From Candidatus Cloacimonadales bacterium (GTDB taxonomy: Bacteria > Cloacimonadota > Cloacimonadia > Cloacimonadales > JAFGVF01): a DNA stretch of 64,000 nt. The stretch is taken from NCBI GenBank assembly GCA_963677495.2, contig CAXXOU010000003.1:128001-192000 (forward strand). The letters are read 5' to 3'. The notes beneath the pieces are model-generated. The model was not told the origin of the DNA. It worked only from the letters and a program-made list of their open reading frames with translations, and did not search any database. Of the stretch, positions 50,109 to 60,629 are shown one piece after another. Position 1 is the stretch's first letter; each line of letters opens with the position of its first letter. The translations under genes were made by a program, and so were the position numbers.

Positions 50109-51089
50109 TTATTTGTTCAATACATTATTAGCTTTAATATGTTCTACAATCTCCTCTGCATAGCAGAAAGCCATGCATGTACTAGTATCGGCAGCACCAT
50201 AATAGATTGCAATGCGACCTGTATCTTGGTCAGTTAAAGCAACGCATGGGAAAACAACATTGGGCACATCACCGGCACATTCATAAATCTCCTGTGGAGA
50301 CATGAGGTAATCTTTACCCGCAGCTATAACTTTCCAAGGTTCATCTTTATCAAGTAGCATAGCACCAAAATGATAAACATAACCATTACATGAAAGTAGA
50401 ACGCCATGATAGAATAGTAACCAACCTTCGTCAGTCTCAATTGGTACAGGACCTGCACCAATCTTTAAACTTTGCCATGGAGATGCACCTGCAGAGAAGA
50501 TATGTCTGTGTTTTCCCCAGAAGGTTAAATCAGGGCTTTCACTGTAAAACATATTGCCAAAAGCTGTATGTCCGGCATCACTTGGTCTACTGACCATCGC
50601 ATAGTTACCATTGAATTTCTTTGGGAAAAGCACTCCGTTACGATTGTATGGTAAAAAAGCATTTTCCAACTGGTGGAAAGTCTCAAAATCTTCAGTATAA
50701 GCAATACCAATAGTAGGCCCGTGATAACCGTTGCACCATGTTACATAGTACTTACCATCTAGGTAGATAACGCGAGGATCATACGCATATTCGAACTCAT
50801 TAGGTACGCCTGGTAACGGTTGTAGCTCTATTGGCTCAGGCTTAATGTCCCAATTGTAGCCATCATCACTAAAGCCAACATGGATTCTCATCTCTCGGGC
50901 TTTATTATCACATCTGAAAACACCTGCATACTTACCTTTATATGTAACAACAGCACTGTTGAAAATGCTATTAGATGTTGGCAGATGATTACGCTTAATA
51001 ACAGGATTAGCTTTGCTTCTCCAGATTAGCTCATTGCCTTGACGTTCTTCCCAAGGAAGATTCGGATTAGATTCTGTAAAAATTCTCAT
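50109..51089 (-). CDS. GH130 beta-mannoside phosphorylase
   Basis: SIFNSAVV, YAYDPRV, PYNRNGVLFP, RPSD.GHT.FG, GDVPNVVFP, YYGAAD. Confidence 0.93.
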   Translation of the reverse strand: MRIFTESNPNLPWEERQGNELIWRSKANPVIKRNHLPTSNSIFNSAVVTYKGKYAGVFRCDNKAREMRIHVGFSDDGYNWDIKPEPIELQPLPGVPNEFEYAYDPRVIYLDGKYYVTWCNGYHGPTIGIAYTEDFETFHQLENAFLPYNRNGVLFPKKFNGNYAMVSRPSDAGHTAFGNMFYSESPDLTFWGKHRHIFSAGASPWQSLKIGAGPVPIETDEGWLLFYHGVLLSCNGYVYHFGAMLLDKDEPWKVIAAGKDYLMSPQEIYECAGDVPNVVFPCVALTDQDTGRIAIYYGAADTSTCMAFCYAEEIVEHIKANNVLNK

Positions 51090-51092
51090 ATC

Positions 51093-52076
51093 TTAAATAA
51101 ACTGTTCCTTTAATATTTTCCAAAACTCAGGACGCATATCATTCCAGTTAAAGATTGATATACCTGAAGCATATTTAGCCTTAACTATCTTAATTACAAG
51201 TTTAAACTCCTCAGGTTTTAAATCATTGAGGTATAGTCCTGCAAAGATTGGCAGTTTCAACCTAGTTTCATCAATACCAAGAGAGATACCACTACCAATC
51301 CATTCTATGCTTTCATTGTAGAAACCATGATAAAGCATAGGGTATACAGCGTCAACATCCCAGTTCACCCAATCTTGTCTCACGCAACTACGGGCATTCT
51401 CTGGTGTTGGAAAGACAGCAGCAGTTACTAGCTTATTAAATGGTTTTATTACAGCACTTAACTCATTCACAATATCGGATATACTATCAAGTCTAAATTG
51501 CCTCCACTCCTTATCTTTTTCAGGAAAATGAATTGATAGAATATCTTTGCCATACTTCTTCTTAAAATTGCTTCGACAATGTTCACAGTAGCAGAAATCG
51601 AATTCGGGCATCTCTTCATCTTGAACTAGATTATATTTTGGTTGTAATCCAACCGGAAGGATAACATCAGGATATCTGATATAATCGAAATGAATACCAT
51701 CAACATCTTTTGTTTTAGCTAATTGCTCCATCTCATCTTTCAGGTATGGAAGCACATCAGGATGATTAGGACAGAGCCAGCGATAGTAATTCACATATGG
51801 TGCATCTTCGGCGCAAGATACACCGTTCCTGTTAACCATAAACCAATCAGTTCTTTCTAATTCTCTATGCAGATCCGGTCTTGCCATCATCATACGCCAT
51901 AGATGTGTTTCGAGTCCTGCCTCTTTAGCTGCCGTAATGATTGAATCAGGAACAGATTTACTAAGAAATATACCGGTTAAACCATGCTCTTTGGCATAAA
52001 CAAATTTCTTTTTCCATTCATCATAATCCATATCAGGATTACATGTAAGCCAGATGTACGATTGGAACTTACGCAT
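51093..52076 (-). CDS. GHL10 (DUF187)-like glycoside hydrolase
   Basis: WLCPNHP, DGIHFDYIRYPD, RQDW..W, PMLYH; likely ATG at 52076. Confidence 0.82.
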   Translation of the reverse strand: MRKFQSYIWLTCNPDMDYDEWKKKFVYAKEHGLTGIFLSKSVPDSIITAAKEAGLETHLWRMMMARPDLHRELERTDWFMVNRNGVSCAEDAPYVNYYRWLCPNHPDVLPYLKDEMEQLAKTKDVDGIHFDYIRYPDVILPVGLQPKYNLVQDEEMPEFDFCYCEHCRSNFKKKYGKDILSIHFPEKDKEWRQFRLDSISDIVNELSAVIKPFNKLVTAAVFPTPENARSCVRQDWVNWDVDAVYPMLYHGFYNESIEWIGSGISLGIDETRLKLPIFAGLYLNDLKPEEFKLVIKIVKAKYASGISIFNWNDMRPEFWKILKEQFI

Positions 52077-52080
52077 CTGT

Positions 52081-52527
52081 TTACCTACCTTTTGCTGGAG
52101 GAGGTTCATTTATTATTAACCAGTACAGTCCAAGATAGTTAACTGCTTCCATAAAGTTATTAAAATCAACGGGTTTCCGAATGTAGCTATTGGCTCCGTT
52201 ATCATAACAACTAGCAACATCAACATCCTCTTTTGATGAAGTCAGGATGATAACAGGTAGTCTTGATGTTCGTTCAGCAGATCGTATTTCTTTCAACACT
52301 GTTAGTCCATCAACTTTAGGTAGTTGAAGATCTAAAAGCACAATTGACGGTAACTCATCGGGATCATTAGCAGAATACTTGCCCCTGCACTGGAGATAAT
52401 CTAATGCTTCAGCTCCATCTTCAACAATAACTAATTCATTGCTAATATTGCTCTTTGAGAATGCTCTTTTTGTTAATATTATATCACTCTCATTATCTTC
52501 AACTAATAGTATCTTTTTTATTTTCAT
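52081..52527 (-). CDS. single-domain response regulator (Rcp1-like)
   Basis: LLVEDN, LLDLQLPKVDG, ILTSS, GANSYIRKP. Confidence 0.94.
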   Translation of the reverse strand: MKIKKILLVEDNESDIILTKRAFSKSNISNELVIVEDGAEALDYLQCRGKYSANDPDELPSIVLLDLQLPKVDGLTVLKEIRSAERTSRLPVIILTSSKEDVDVASCYDNGANSYIRKPVDFNNFMEAVNYLGLYWLIINEPPPAKGR

Positions 52528-55500
52528 CGTACCTCCCTAATGTAAAATAGAAAGTCGCAAATTTGTTAACTACTGAGTCCGCCCAGATTCTCCCACTATG
52601 ACGCTCAATAATTTTCTTAACTGTTGTTAATCCGATACCTGTACCTTTAAACTCTTTATAGCTATGTAGCCTTTCAAAAGGTTTAAATAATTTATCCTTA
52701 TAGCTTAAATCAAATCCAACACCATTATCACTAACATAAAACTCTTTATCACCAGATTCCGGATTTGTTCTAACTCCGAACTCAATTACAGGATTTTCTT
52801 CATGAGATGTATACTTTACTGCATTAGATAACAAATTCGTAAGGACGACTTCCATCAGTTTTTTGTCAGCATATACAGATGCATTGTCAATTATTTTAAA
52901 TATAACCTTACTGTCAGGGTTCATACCTTTCAAAGTACTACATATAGAATTTGCAATCTTAGAAAGGTTTATGGATTCCATTTTCGTTGTTAATCTTGTT
53001 GTTCTAGAAAGAGTCAATATTGCCTCGATTAAGTCCTCTAATTTCTTGGTCTCAATCTTGATTCTACCTAGGTAGTCCTTCCCATTATCATCCAATATAT
53101 CAGAATAGTCTTCCAGTAAAATTTGGCTCATACCATCTATTCCTCTTAGAGGTGCTCTAAGATCATGGGACACGGAATAGGAAAAGGACTCTAGCTCTTT
53201 CAAAGCAATTTGTAACTCTTTTGTTCGAGCTTGCACCTTCTGTTCTAGTGACTCGTTTAGAAGTTTTATCTCCTGTTCCTGTTTACGTTTATCTGTGATA
53301 TCTCTAAAGAAAACTGTGATTTTACGGGGTTGAATCTGCATTGCATGAACATCAAAGACTCCCGTAATAAGACCATCATTATAGCTGATATGTTCAGAAG
53401 TATATGGTTCTCCAGATAATGCCACTTTTTTATAGACTTCAACTAAACCAGTCTCAGCATTTCCTGGGAAAGCTTCAAGAATAGTTTTACCGAGTAATGC
53501 TTTATTATCAATTTTAAGGATTTGGTCTGCTGATTTATTGCAACCTATGAGGATTAGGTCGTCCTTTTCATTGAGCTCCCAAGTATGTGCACCAAATGGA
53601 GCTGAATTGATGATGGATCTAAGTCTTTCATCACGACCTTTTAAAACCATTGTAGCAATTTTTTGATCAGTAATATCCCTCATTAAATGTATTATTCGAG
53701 AAATCTCACCATCCTCATCATATATTGGATCAAGTAAGACATTGAACCATTTGTCTCCAATTTTCAAGTCTTCACTAGCCCTACCATTTTTAGATTTCAG
53801 TTTATCAATTGGACATTCATCGATAGGTTTATCAGTTTTATGGACTATCTCCCAACAATGTCTTCCAATAACTTCTTCTGTTGTAACAGAGAAATATTGT
53901 TCCACTGTGGAGTTGCTTCTAAGGATTTTGCACTCCTGATCTAAAATCCAGATTATGTCATTAACGGAGTCAAATGTTGATTTCCACTCCTTTGAAAGAG
54001 CTAATGATGATTGTAATTCTCTTCTTCTTTGTGTATAACCAATACCGAATGCAACAAATAGTAACATAACAGAAACTAAAGAACCAAGACGGATTGCTTC
54101 CTCTTTAATTGGTTCATACACTTCACTAAGATCGATTTTTGAAACCATGAACCAGTCTGTCCCTTTAACAGCTCGTAAAGCAGCCAGGACTAAAACCTCT
54201 CTATAATCTGGTCCGATCACAACACCCTCACCTTGTCGCAGCCCAATCACTGCAGGTAACAGCTTCTTTTCATCAATTAAAAAAGATAGGTGCAGGTCAG
54301 AGTTATCAACATGCCTAAGGTCATTAAGGAATATGACTTTTGAATCTTTCTCTTTAACCAGCAAAGTTTCTGCAGTTTTTGAGTTTGTTGGCCATTCTTG
54401 AATATATGGATATAAGAAAAAGGTTGGGTTATAATGAAAAAGCCAGTAGGCAATTGGCTTAGTTTCATCATCCTTAGAGGGGATTGGAATCCAGAAATCT
54501 AGATGTATAGCGTTACTGTTATCTTCAACATGAAAATCATCAAGTGTTACCTTACTATATTTGACAACTTTTTTTAGAAACTCCTCATCATGCTTTGAGT
54601 TTACTTGACCTTCTTTGTAGGAGTAAAGAAGCTTTCCTTCAGAGTCAAAAAGCTTAAAATTATCATAATTATACTTATGTTCTAAATCTCGATAGATTGC
54701 CTCATACCTTTTATGCAGTACATCTAGTGAATTATTCGCATAATGATGATTAAACTGTTGCGTAAATTGTTCTGATCTGAAAAGAAGAGTGTGCAAGTTC
54801 ACATTATCAATATACCAAGTGGATAACTGTTTTGTTTTCATATCAGCAATCAGTTCTAACTGTTCTTTAGCTTTTTCTTTCTTATCACTTATCTGATAAC
54901 GTAGATAAAGTACACCACCGACTCCAATTGCAAGTGCTAAAATACCAAAGATAAACATTGATCTTACAAAGTAAATCTCTTTCTTTGTAGAGTTATCTAC
55001 TCGGTGAAGACCAAAAATTCTGTTGATAATAGTGTATTTGGAATGCTTTAAGATGAGGATTATCGAGATTAGTGATACAGTTAATGAAGTAAAGACAGAC
55101 ATGGGTATCTGCTTTCTATAATACAATTGAGGAACACCAATCAGGTAACTAACGAAGATCCATAATCCGAAAACACCTGTGATTGTTGCAAGAAAAAGCA
55201 CAAAGTTATGTATAAATCTTTTATTGAAAGCAAATCCAAGTCTAATCATAAGGATAAGAGAAAGGATACTTATGTTAAAACCGGATGTTAGAGCCATTCT
55301 ACCAACAGGGTATTGAATCACAATTTCCTTTTTATCGTAAAGCATTACTTCAATCGGAGTAAACAAGTGCTTCCAAGGAGAAATAGCAACAGATAATGAA
55401 AAAATAAAGAGGAGACCGCAGGTAATCAATGCAATAAGCTTATATGTTCTGTTTTTGATAATGATCTGATGAATTAAAATTAATATACAAATTAGAAGAA

Positions 55501-55684
55501 ATGCTATTGAATTTGAAGGAGGCATGGGTACGTAATCTTTGTTAAAATTGAATGTATCCCAACTATCAGTTACCCAGCTAACCAAAGTTATTAAACATAT
55601 TATAATTGGGATAATCAAAAGCACATTATAGGTCTTGAAAATACTTCTACTATTCTGCATTTTTACCTGCTTTGACTGTTTCAA
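52499..55684 (-). CDS. membrane PAS sensor histidine kinase
   Basis: Multiple TM, extracytoplasmic domain, PAS, YSVSHDLRAPLR, FERLH, GTGIGL; start uncertain. Confidence 0.92.
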   Translation of the reverse strand: MKQSKQVKMQNSRSIFKTYNVLLIIPIIICLITLVSWVTDSWDTFNFNKDYVPMPPSNSIAFLLICILILIHQIIIKNRTYKLIALITCGLLFIFSLSVAISPWKHLFTPIEVMLYDKKEIVIQYPVGRMALTSGFNISILSLILMIRLGFAFNKRFIHNFVLFLATITGVFGLWIFVSYLIGVPQLYYRKQIPMSVFTSLTVSLISIILILKHSKYTIINRIFGLHRVDNSTKKEIYFVRSMFIFGILALAIGVGGVLYLRYQISDKKEKAKEQLELIADMKTKQLSTWYIDNVNLHTLLFRSEQFTQQFNHHYANNSLDVLHKRYEAIYRDLEHKYNYDNFKLFDSEGKLLYSYKEGQVNSKHDEEFLKKVVKYSKVTLDDFHVEDNSNAIHLDFWIPIPSKDDETKPIAYWLFHYNPTFFLYPYIQEWPTNSKTAETLLVKEKDSKVIFLNDLRHVDNSDLHLSFLIDEKKLLPAVIGLRQGEGVVIGPDYREVLVLAALRAVKGTDWFMVSKIDLSEVYEPIKEEAIRLGSLVSVMLLFVAFGIGYTQRRRELQSSLALSKEWKSTFDSVNDIIWILDQECKILRSNSTVEQYFSVTTEEVIGRHCWEIVHKTDKPIDECPIDKLKSKNGRASEDLKIGDKWFNVLLDPIYDEDGEISRIIHLMRDITDQKIATMVLKGRDERLRSIINSAPFGAHTWELNEKDDLILIGCNKSADQILKIDNKALLGKTILEAFPGNAETGLVEVYKKVALSGEPYTSEHISYNDGLITGVFDVHAMQIQPRKITVFFRDITDKRKQEQEIKLLNESLEQKVQARTKELQIALKELESFSYSVSHDLRAPLRGIDGMSQILLEDYSDILDDNGKDYLGRIKIETKKLEDLIEAILTLSRTTRLTTKMESINLSKIANSICSTLKGMNPDSKVIFKIIDNASVYADKKLMEVVLTNLLSNAVKYTSHEENPVIEFGVRTNPESGDKEFYVSDNGVGFDLSYKDKLFKPFERLHSYKEFKGTGIGLTTVKKIIERHSGRIWADSVVNKFATFYFTLGRYDENKKDTIS

Positions 55685-55757
55685 ATTTATCGTTTACTTA
55701 TATCTTCATGCTAATTATGAAAGAATAAAAATAGTTGTCAAACAAGATTTTTCATAT

Positions 55758-55785
55758 AAAAAAAAGGGTTACACGAGTAACCCTT
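55758..55785 (-). terminator. terminator after groES
   Basis: aagggttac/gtaaccctt with T-run on minus strand. Confidence 0.75.
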
Positions 55786-55809
55786 AAATCATAATTATAT
55801 ACAGCTTGT

Positions 55810-56076
55810 TTATTCAACAACGCATAAGATATCAGCAAACTTAACGATAAGATAAGTTTCGTCCTCAAACTTAACTTCAGTACCGGCAAATTTTCTATAT
55901 ATTACCTTATCGCCAACTGACAAAACTTCCAGCATTTCTGGATCAGTTCCTAATGCTTCAATAATACCGATATTTGCATCTTCTTTTGCTGAGTCAGGGA
56001 TATACAACCCATTAACCATCTCTTCTGAAGCCACAATTCTAGTGAGACATACATTGTCTTGAACTGGTTTAAGCAT
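55810..56076 (-). CDS. groES: co-chaperonin GroES (monocistronic)
   Basis: LKPVQDNV, GLYIPDSAKE, VGDKVIY.KFAGTEV, DIL.VVE. Confidence 0.93.
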   Translation of the reverse strand: MLKPVQDNVCLTRIVASEEMVNGLYIPDSAKEDANIGIIEALGTDPEMLEVLSVGDKVIYRKFAGTEVKFEDETYLIVKFADILCVVE

Positions 56077-56101
56077 ATTTCCTCCATATATTATTTATTA
56101 C

Positions 56102-56128
56102 TTGGCAATCATTATAGAAGAGTGCTAA
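56102..56128. promoter_or_regulatory. CIRCE (HrcA operator)
   Basis: Minus strand TTAGCACTC-N9-GATTGCCAA (2 mismatches), overlapping TTGACA/TATAAT upstream of groES. Confidence 0.88.
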
Positions 56129-56243
56129 TTCTGTCAAGATTATTTTATGTCATTCCAATATTTGCATTGTAAATGCCTGTTTCGGACATATAATCTTAAC
56201 AGCAATTCAAGGAAATAGCTTACGAATTTTCTAAAGTGATGAG

Positions 56244-58175
56244 CTAATTAATGAATTGACTTATTGAATTGAAGAGTTGTTCTCTACTGAATGGTTTTGA
56301 AAGGTAATCGTTGAATCCAAGTTTTCTCAACTTTTCCTCATCACCAACCATTGCGTAAGCTGTTTCTGCAATTATTGGCAAATCAGGGTTTAGCTTTTTA
56401 ATCAATTTAAAAGCTTCTTTCCCATCCATCTCAGGAAGATCGATATCCATCAAAACTAAGTCAAATGCTGTCTTTTGGCAAAGCTCTACTGCTTGTTCCC
56501 CATTTACAGCGAAAACAATCTCGATACAAGTTGGTTTTAATAGACTTTCCAGATAGAATCTAACATCATCATTGTCTTCTGTAATAAGAATCCTCTTACC
56601 TGGCCACTTACATTTACCAGCGTTCACAGTTGGAGCTGATACGTTCTTAGTGGAGCTCACGCGATTATCTGGGGAATATGGCAAAGAAAAGATAAAAGTT
56701 GCACCACGTCCAATCTCTGATTCAACCCAAATCTTTCCTCCTAACAGCTCAACCAGCTCTTTACTGATAGTTAAACCTAAACCTGCTCCTGATTGTGATG
56801 ATTTGACACCTTTAGATGTCCTAAAACGATTAAATATGCTATCTAAATCATCCTTCTTAATACCGGGACCAGAGTCAGTCACAAAGAACTTCATCTTCTC
56901 ATCTTCGATTGTATAGCCAAACTCAATATAACCATGATCAGTAAACTTAAGTGCATTATTTAGAAGATTTGTGAATATTTGCTCAAACCTAATCTGATCA
57001 GTGTCAAGAACTGCATTTTCATCTGGAAGTGGAATAGAGTAAAAAATCTTTAATCCAGCTTTGTCCAACTTATTTTTTTGTAACTCAAAAGTGCTGTGAA
57101 GAGTTCGAATAATGTTATTAATATTTATCATATCTTTGTTTATTTCCAATTGCCTACATTCGATTTTTGAAACATCAATTATATCATTTATTAATGACAA
57201 TAACCTTTTACCATTATTGCGAATAATTGTGAGATATGTTTTTTTGTCAAGTTCAGAGCTATCCGGATTGTCCATTAGATCAGAAAATCCTAAAATTGAG
57301 TTCAAGGGTGTCCTTATTTCGTGTGACATATTTGCAAGAAAAGCTGTTTTCAATTTATCACTTTCAAGAGCTTTTTCACGAGCTTGTCTTAGAAGTCTCT
57401 CCTGTGCTCTGTCTGTCGTAACATCCCTCATAAGCCCAATAATCATATCATTATTATCTTTAAGCTTAAAGGGTATCTTTGCTTTGATCAGGTTGAAGCT
57501 TTTACCTTCGGGAGTGAACAGAACTTCCTCATATTCATCGTTGGCTCCACTTTCTACAACTTCAACATCTTTGCTTTTAAACTTGTTAGCAACCTCAGTT
57601 CCAAAAAGTTCATCATCTGTCTTACCAATCACTTTATCCTTGGGTAATGAATAGATGTTTTCACACACCTTGTTCCAAACAATATATTCTCTAGTAACAG
57701 CATCTTTAACAAAAACACCGGTCGGGATATGCTCAATCAAGGTTTCCAGTAAATCACGCGAACTAAGGATTGCATTTTCACGATTCTTAAAACTAGTTAT
57801 ATCATGAGTAATACTGACAATCAGAGATGGTCTTTGTTTATTATCTCTCATCAATATGTTTCGAGCAGACATGTTAATAAGCTTGCCTTCAGAGGTAATA
57901 CATCTATACTCACTTTCAGATTCACCATCCGCAATCGCAGTATCTAACGCTTCTTTGTAAATACCAAAATCATCAGGATAAATCCATTCAGGATGAGAGA
58001 AATCAACCTCAGTTATTCTATTCAAGCCAAGCATTTCAAAGAATAGTCTATTTGCAAATATAAGTTTGCCATCAAGAGTATATAAAGCAATCCTACTGTT
58101 GATGTTATCCAGAATCTGCCTGAACAGATTTCTATGCCTGATTACTCGATTCGCTGATTGATTATTCTCTGCCAT
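56244..58175 (-). CDS. cytoplasmic PAS-PAS hybrid histidine kinase-response regulator
   Basis: Two PAS domains, FLANMSHEIRTPLN, NALKFT, GAGLGL, receiver MDIDLP. Confidence 0.94.
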   Translation of the reverse strand: MAENNQSANRVIRHRNLFRQILDNINSRIALYTLDGKLIFANRLFFEMLGLNRITEVDFSHPEWIYPDDFGIYKEALDTAIADGESESEYRCITSEGKLINMSARNILMRDNKQRPSLIVSITHDITSFKNRENAILSSRDLLETLIEHIPTGVFVKDAVTREYIVWNKVCENIYSLPKDKVIGKTDDELFGTEVANKFKSKDVEVVESGANDEYEEVLFTPEGKSFNLIKAKIPFKLKDNNDMIIGLMRDVTTDRAQERLLRQAREKALESDKLKTAFLANMSHEIRTPLNSILGFSDLMDNPDSSELDKKTYLTIIRNNGKRLLSLINDIIDVSKIECRQLEINKDMININNIIRTLHSTFELQKNKLDKAGLKIFYSIPLPDENAVLDTDQIRFEQIFTNLLNNALKFTDHGYIEFGYTIEDEKMKFFVTDSGPGIKKDDLDSIFNRFRTSKGVKSSQSGAGLGLTISKELVELLGGKIWVESEIGRGATFIFSLPYSPDNRVSSTKNVSAPTVNAGKCKWPGKRILITEDNDDVRFYLESLLKPTCIEIVFAVNGEQAVELCQKTAFDLVLMDIDLPEMDGKEAFKLIKKLNPDLPIIAETAYAMVGDEEKLRKLGFNDYLSKPFSREQLFNSISQFIN

Positions 58176-58176
58176 G

Positions 58177-58335
58177 CTATTTCTGTTCAGCTTTTGCTTT
58201 TGAATGCTTTCCTAATAGTTTTATTATTCCGTAGAAGATACCCATGAAGATAAATATTCCTAGCATCCCTTTGCCCATAATTCCTAAAGAAGCAACGAAT
58301 GTACTTATTGCTTCAGGACTTAGTATTCCGTTCAT
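58177..58335 (-). CDS. small single-TM protein, OadG-related (not in ORF track)
   Basis: MNGILSPEAISTFVASLGIMGKGMLGIFIFMGIFYGIIKLLGKHSKAKAEQK; GAGG RBS overlapping rlmH stop; fills the gap exactly. Confidence 0.75.
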   Translation of the reverse strand: MNGILSPEAISTFVASLGIMGKGMLGIFIFMGIFYGIIKLLGKHSKAKAEQK

Positions 58336-58342
58336 AATAACC

Positions 58343-58807
58343 TCAATAATGGTATTTTTTGTTCTTTATTACCGCGAAACAACGATAGAGCTGTTCCACA
58401 AGAATTAGTCTTATCATCTGATGTGTAAAAGTCATCTTTGAGAAACTAAGAACAAAGTTTGCTTGTTCTCTTATCGACTTGTCCAATCCATAAACACCAC
58501 CGATAATAAAGTCAATATTTTTATCACCCATCTGCATCTCTATCTTCTTAGATAAATCGACAGTAGAGATGTTTTTACCAACTTCATCCAGGGCAATTGT
58601 AAAGTTTCGTGGATTTAGATGCTTCTTAATAATCTCTGCCTCTTTTGATTTAACAAGAGCTACAGTATTTGAGTTACTCAATTTAACATCAGCTATTTGT
58701 ACAAATTCAACCTTAACCCAAGCACTGAGTCTTTTCAAATACTCTTTAATACCGTCGTTAAGGTAATTGTCTTTTGTTTTTCCGGGACAAATTATTCTTA
58801 TATGCAT
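58343..58807 (-). CDS. rlmH: 23S rRNA pseudouridine1915 N3-methyltransferase
   Basis: EYLKRL, IGGVYGL, SKMTFTHQMIRLILVEQLYR, KYH. Confidence 0.95.
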   Translation of the reverse strand: MHIRIICPGKTKDNYLNDGIKEYLKRLSAWVKVEFVQIADVKLSNSNTVALVKSKEAEIIKKHLNPRNFTIALDEVGKNISTVDLSKKIEMQMGDKNIDFIIGGVYGLDKSIREQANFVLSFSKMTFTHQMIRLILVEQLYRCFAVIKNKKYHY

Positions 58808-58852
58808 AAACAAAAAAGGGGGATTATCTCCCCGTAAAAAGTTATCTTTTAC

Positions 58853-59752
58853 TTACTGAGCAGCAAGTACACCCATTGCAACACAAAGCATCTTTGTCTC
58901 ACCTGTATCAGCTCTAGAAGCGATAAGGATAGGAACTTTTGTGCCCATCACAACATGAGCAACTCTATAGTTACAATAGTAAGTTAATGCTTTACCGAAA
59001 ATGTTGCCTGACTCAATATTAGGCACTATAAGAACATCTGCTTTTCCGGCTACTTCAGATTCAATACCTTTGATTCTTGCTGCTTCTTCACTTATAGCAT
59101 TATCAAAAGCTAAAGGTCCATCAACTACACAGCCTTTAATCTGACCACGTGCGTTCATCTTTGAGATGATTGAAGCATCTACTGTGCACTGCATCTTTGG
59201 ATTAACTTTCTCTACAGCAGCAAGGAGAGCCACTTTTGGGTTTGGGCAATCCATTGAATGTGCAACTTTTACAGCATTATTTATGATTGCGACCTTTTCT
59301 TTAAGTTCAGGATATAAGTTAATACCTCCATCACTCATAAGAATAATCCTTTCGGGATGTTCAAAAGCTAATACATCAGAGATAACAGCGCTTTCTCTTA
59401 CGCCATTCACTTTATCAAGTGCAGCTTTAAGAAGAAGTGCAGTATCAGCTTTACCCTTAAGAATGATGTCGCCTTTACCCTCTTTAGCAAGGCGTACTGT
59501 TTCAACACAAGCTTTCTGAAGGTCAGCACCCGTATCAACAATCTCAAATGCATCTTTGTATTCAACGAATTGGTCATTTAGAATAGCAAGAATAGCTTCT
59601 TTATCTCCGATAAGTATGCTATCTGCAAGCCCCTCTTTTTTTGCTAAAACTGAAGCTTCAATAGCTGATGGTGTCTGAGCACCTGCAACCAGAACTATTT
59701 TACCTGATAGTCCTCTAACTTTGGCGAGCATCTCGTCAAAATTGCGAATCAT
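58853..59752 (-). CDS. ptb: phosphate butyryltransferase / acyltransferase
   Basis: SDGGIN, AAVEKVNPKM, DGPLAFDNAIS, VPNIESGN, SRAD. Confidence 0.85.
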   Translation of the reverse strand: MIRNFDEMLAKVRGLSGKIVLVAGAQTPSAIEASVLAKKEGLADSILIGDKEAILAILNDQFVEYKDAFEIVDTGADLQKACVETVRLAKEGKGDIILKGKADTALLLKAALDKVNGVRESAVISDVLAFEHPERIILMSDGGINLYPELKEKVAIINNAVKVAHSMDCPNPKVALLAAVEKVNPKMQCTVDASIISKMNARGQIKGCVVDGPLAFDNAISEEAARIKGIESEVAGKADVLIVPNIESGNIFGKALTYYCNYRVAHVVMGTKVPILIASRADTGETKMLCVAMGVLAAQ

Positions 59753-59774
59753 ATTAATCCTCCATCTATTTCTT

Positions 59775-60629
59775 TTATATAAACATCATGGATGTATTAG
59801 AATGACCTTTAGGAGTTATATCCTTTAAGATCTTCTTAAGTGCTTCCTTTTGGATCTGTCTGACACGTTCACGAGATAGATTCATCTCATCAGCTATGCT
59901 GGCAAAATTCCTGCTCTCTGTGTCTTCTAAACCAAAGTAAGCTTTTAGTATATATGATTCACGTCTATCCAGTTTTTTTATAGCACTGTCAATGTTTTTT
60001 TGTAATTGCTCATTTCTGTAAACTGCTTCCGGTTCAAATGTATCATCTGCAGTAATATAGTCACCAATTGTTACATCTTTAGAGTTTCCTTTGTCTGAAG
60101 ACTCATCTAATGATAGTGTAGGGCGAACTTGACGACTGATAGATTCTATTGCGCTACTCTTGACATTAGTCAGCTTCTCAAGTTCCTTATTTGAAAGCAC
60201 TTCACCTGTTTGATTGAAGACTTTCTCACGAGTAGATTTTATTTTATTATAAGTGTTAACCTTGCCAAGTGGTACTCTTATCATAGAGCTTTTTTCTGCA
60301 ACGGCTTGCATAATTCTCTGCTTTATCCACCATATACCGTAAGAGATAAGCTTTATATCTTTCGAAGGATCAAACTTCTCTAAGGCTTTGATTAGTCCGA
60401 TGTTTCCTTCACTTATAAGTTCAGAAAGACTAAGTCCACGTCCCTGATAACGAGCGGCTATCTTTACAACGAACTTAAGATTAGATTGTATTAATTTATC
60501 AATTGCTGCCTGATCTCCATTCTTGGCTTTAATAGCATATTGATGTTCCTCTTCTTTAGAGAGTGATGTATATGTAGAAATCTGTTTCAGATATTGTTGT
60601 AAGGCTTTGTCTTCAAATACGTTTTCCAT
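59775..60629 (-). CDS. RpoD/RpoS-family sigma factor without region 1.1
   Basis: YLKQI, NLKFVVKIA, ELISEGNIGL, SYGIWWIKQ, LSRERVRQI. Confidence 0.92.
   Translation of the reverse strand: MENVFEDKALQQYLKQISTYTSLSKEEEHQYAIKAKNGDQAAIDKLIQSNLKFVVKIAARYQGRGLSLSELISEGNIGLIKALEKFDPSKDIKLISYGIWWIKQRIMQAVAEKSSMIRVPLGKVNTYNKIKSTREKVFNQTGEVLSNKELEKLTNVKSSAIESISRQVRPTLSLDESSDKGNSKDVTIGDYITADDTFEPEAVYRNEQLQKNIDSAIKKLDRRESYILKAYFGLEDTESRNFASIADEMNLSRERVRQIQKEALKKILKDITPKGHSNTSMMFI

Noticed and set aside
58343..58400. Island integrated at the rlmH 3' end (SCCmec-like)
   Set aside because: No recombinase and no att duplication seen; downstream genes look native
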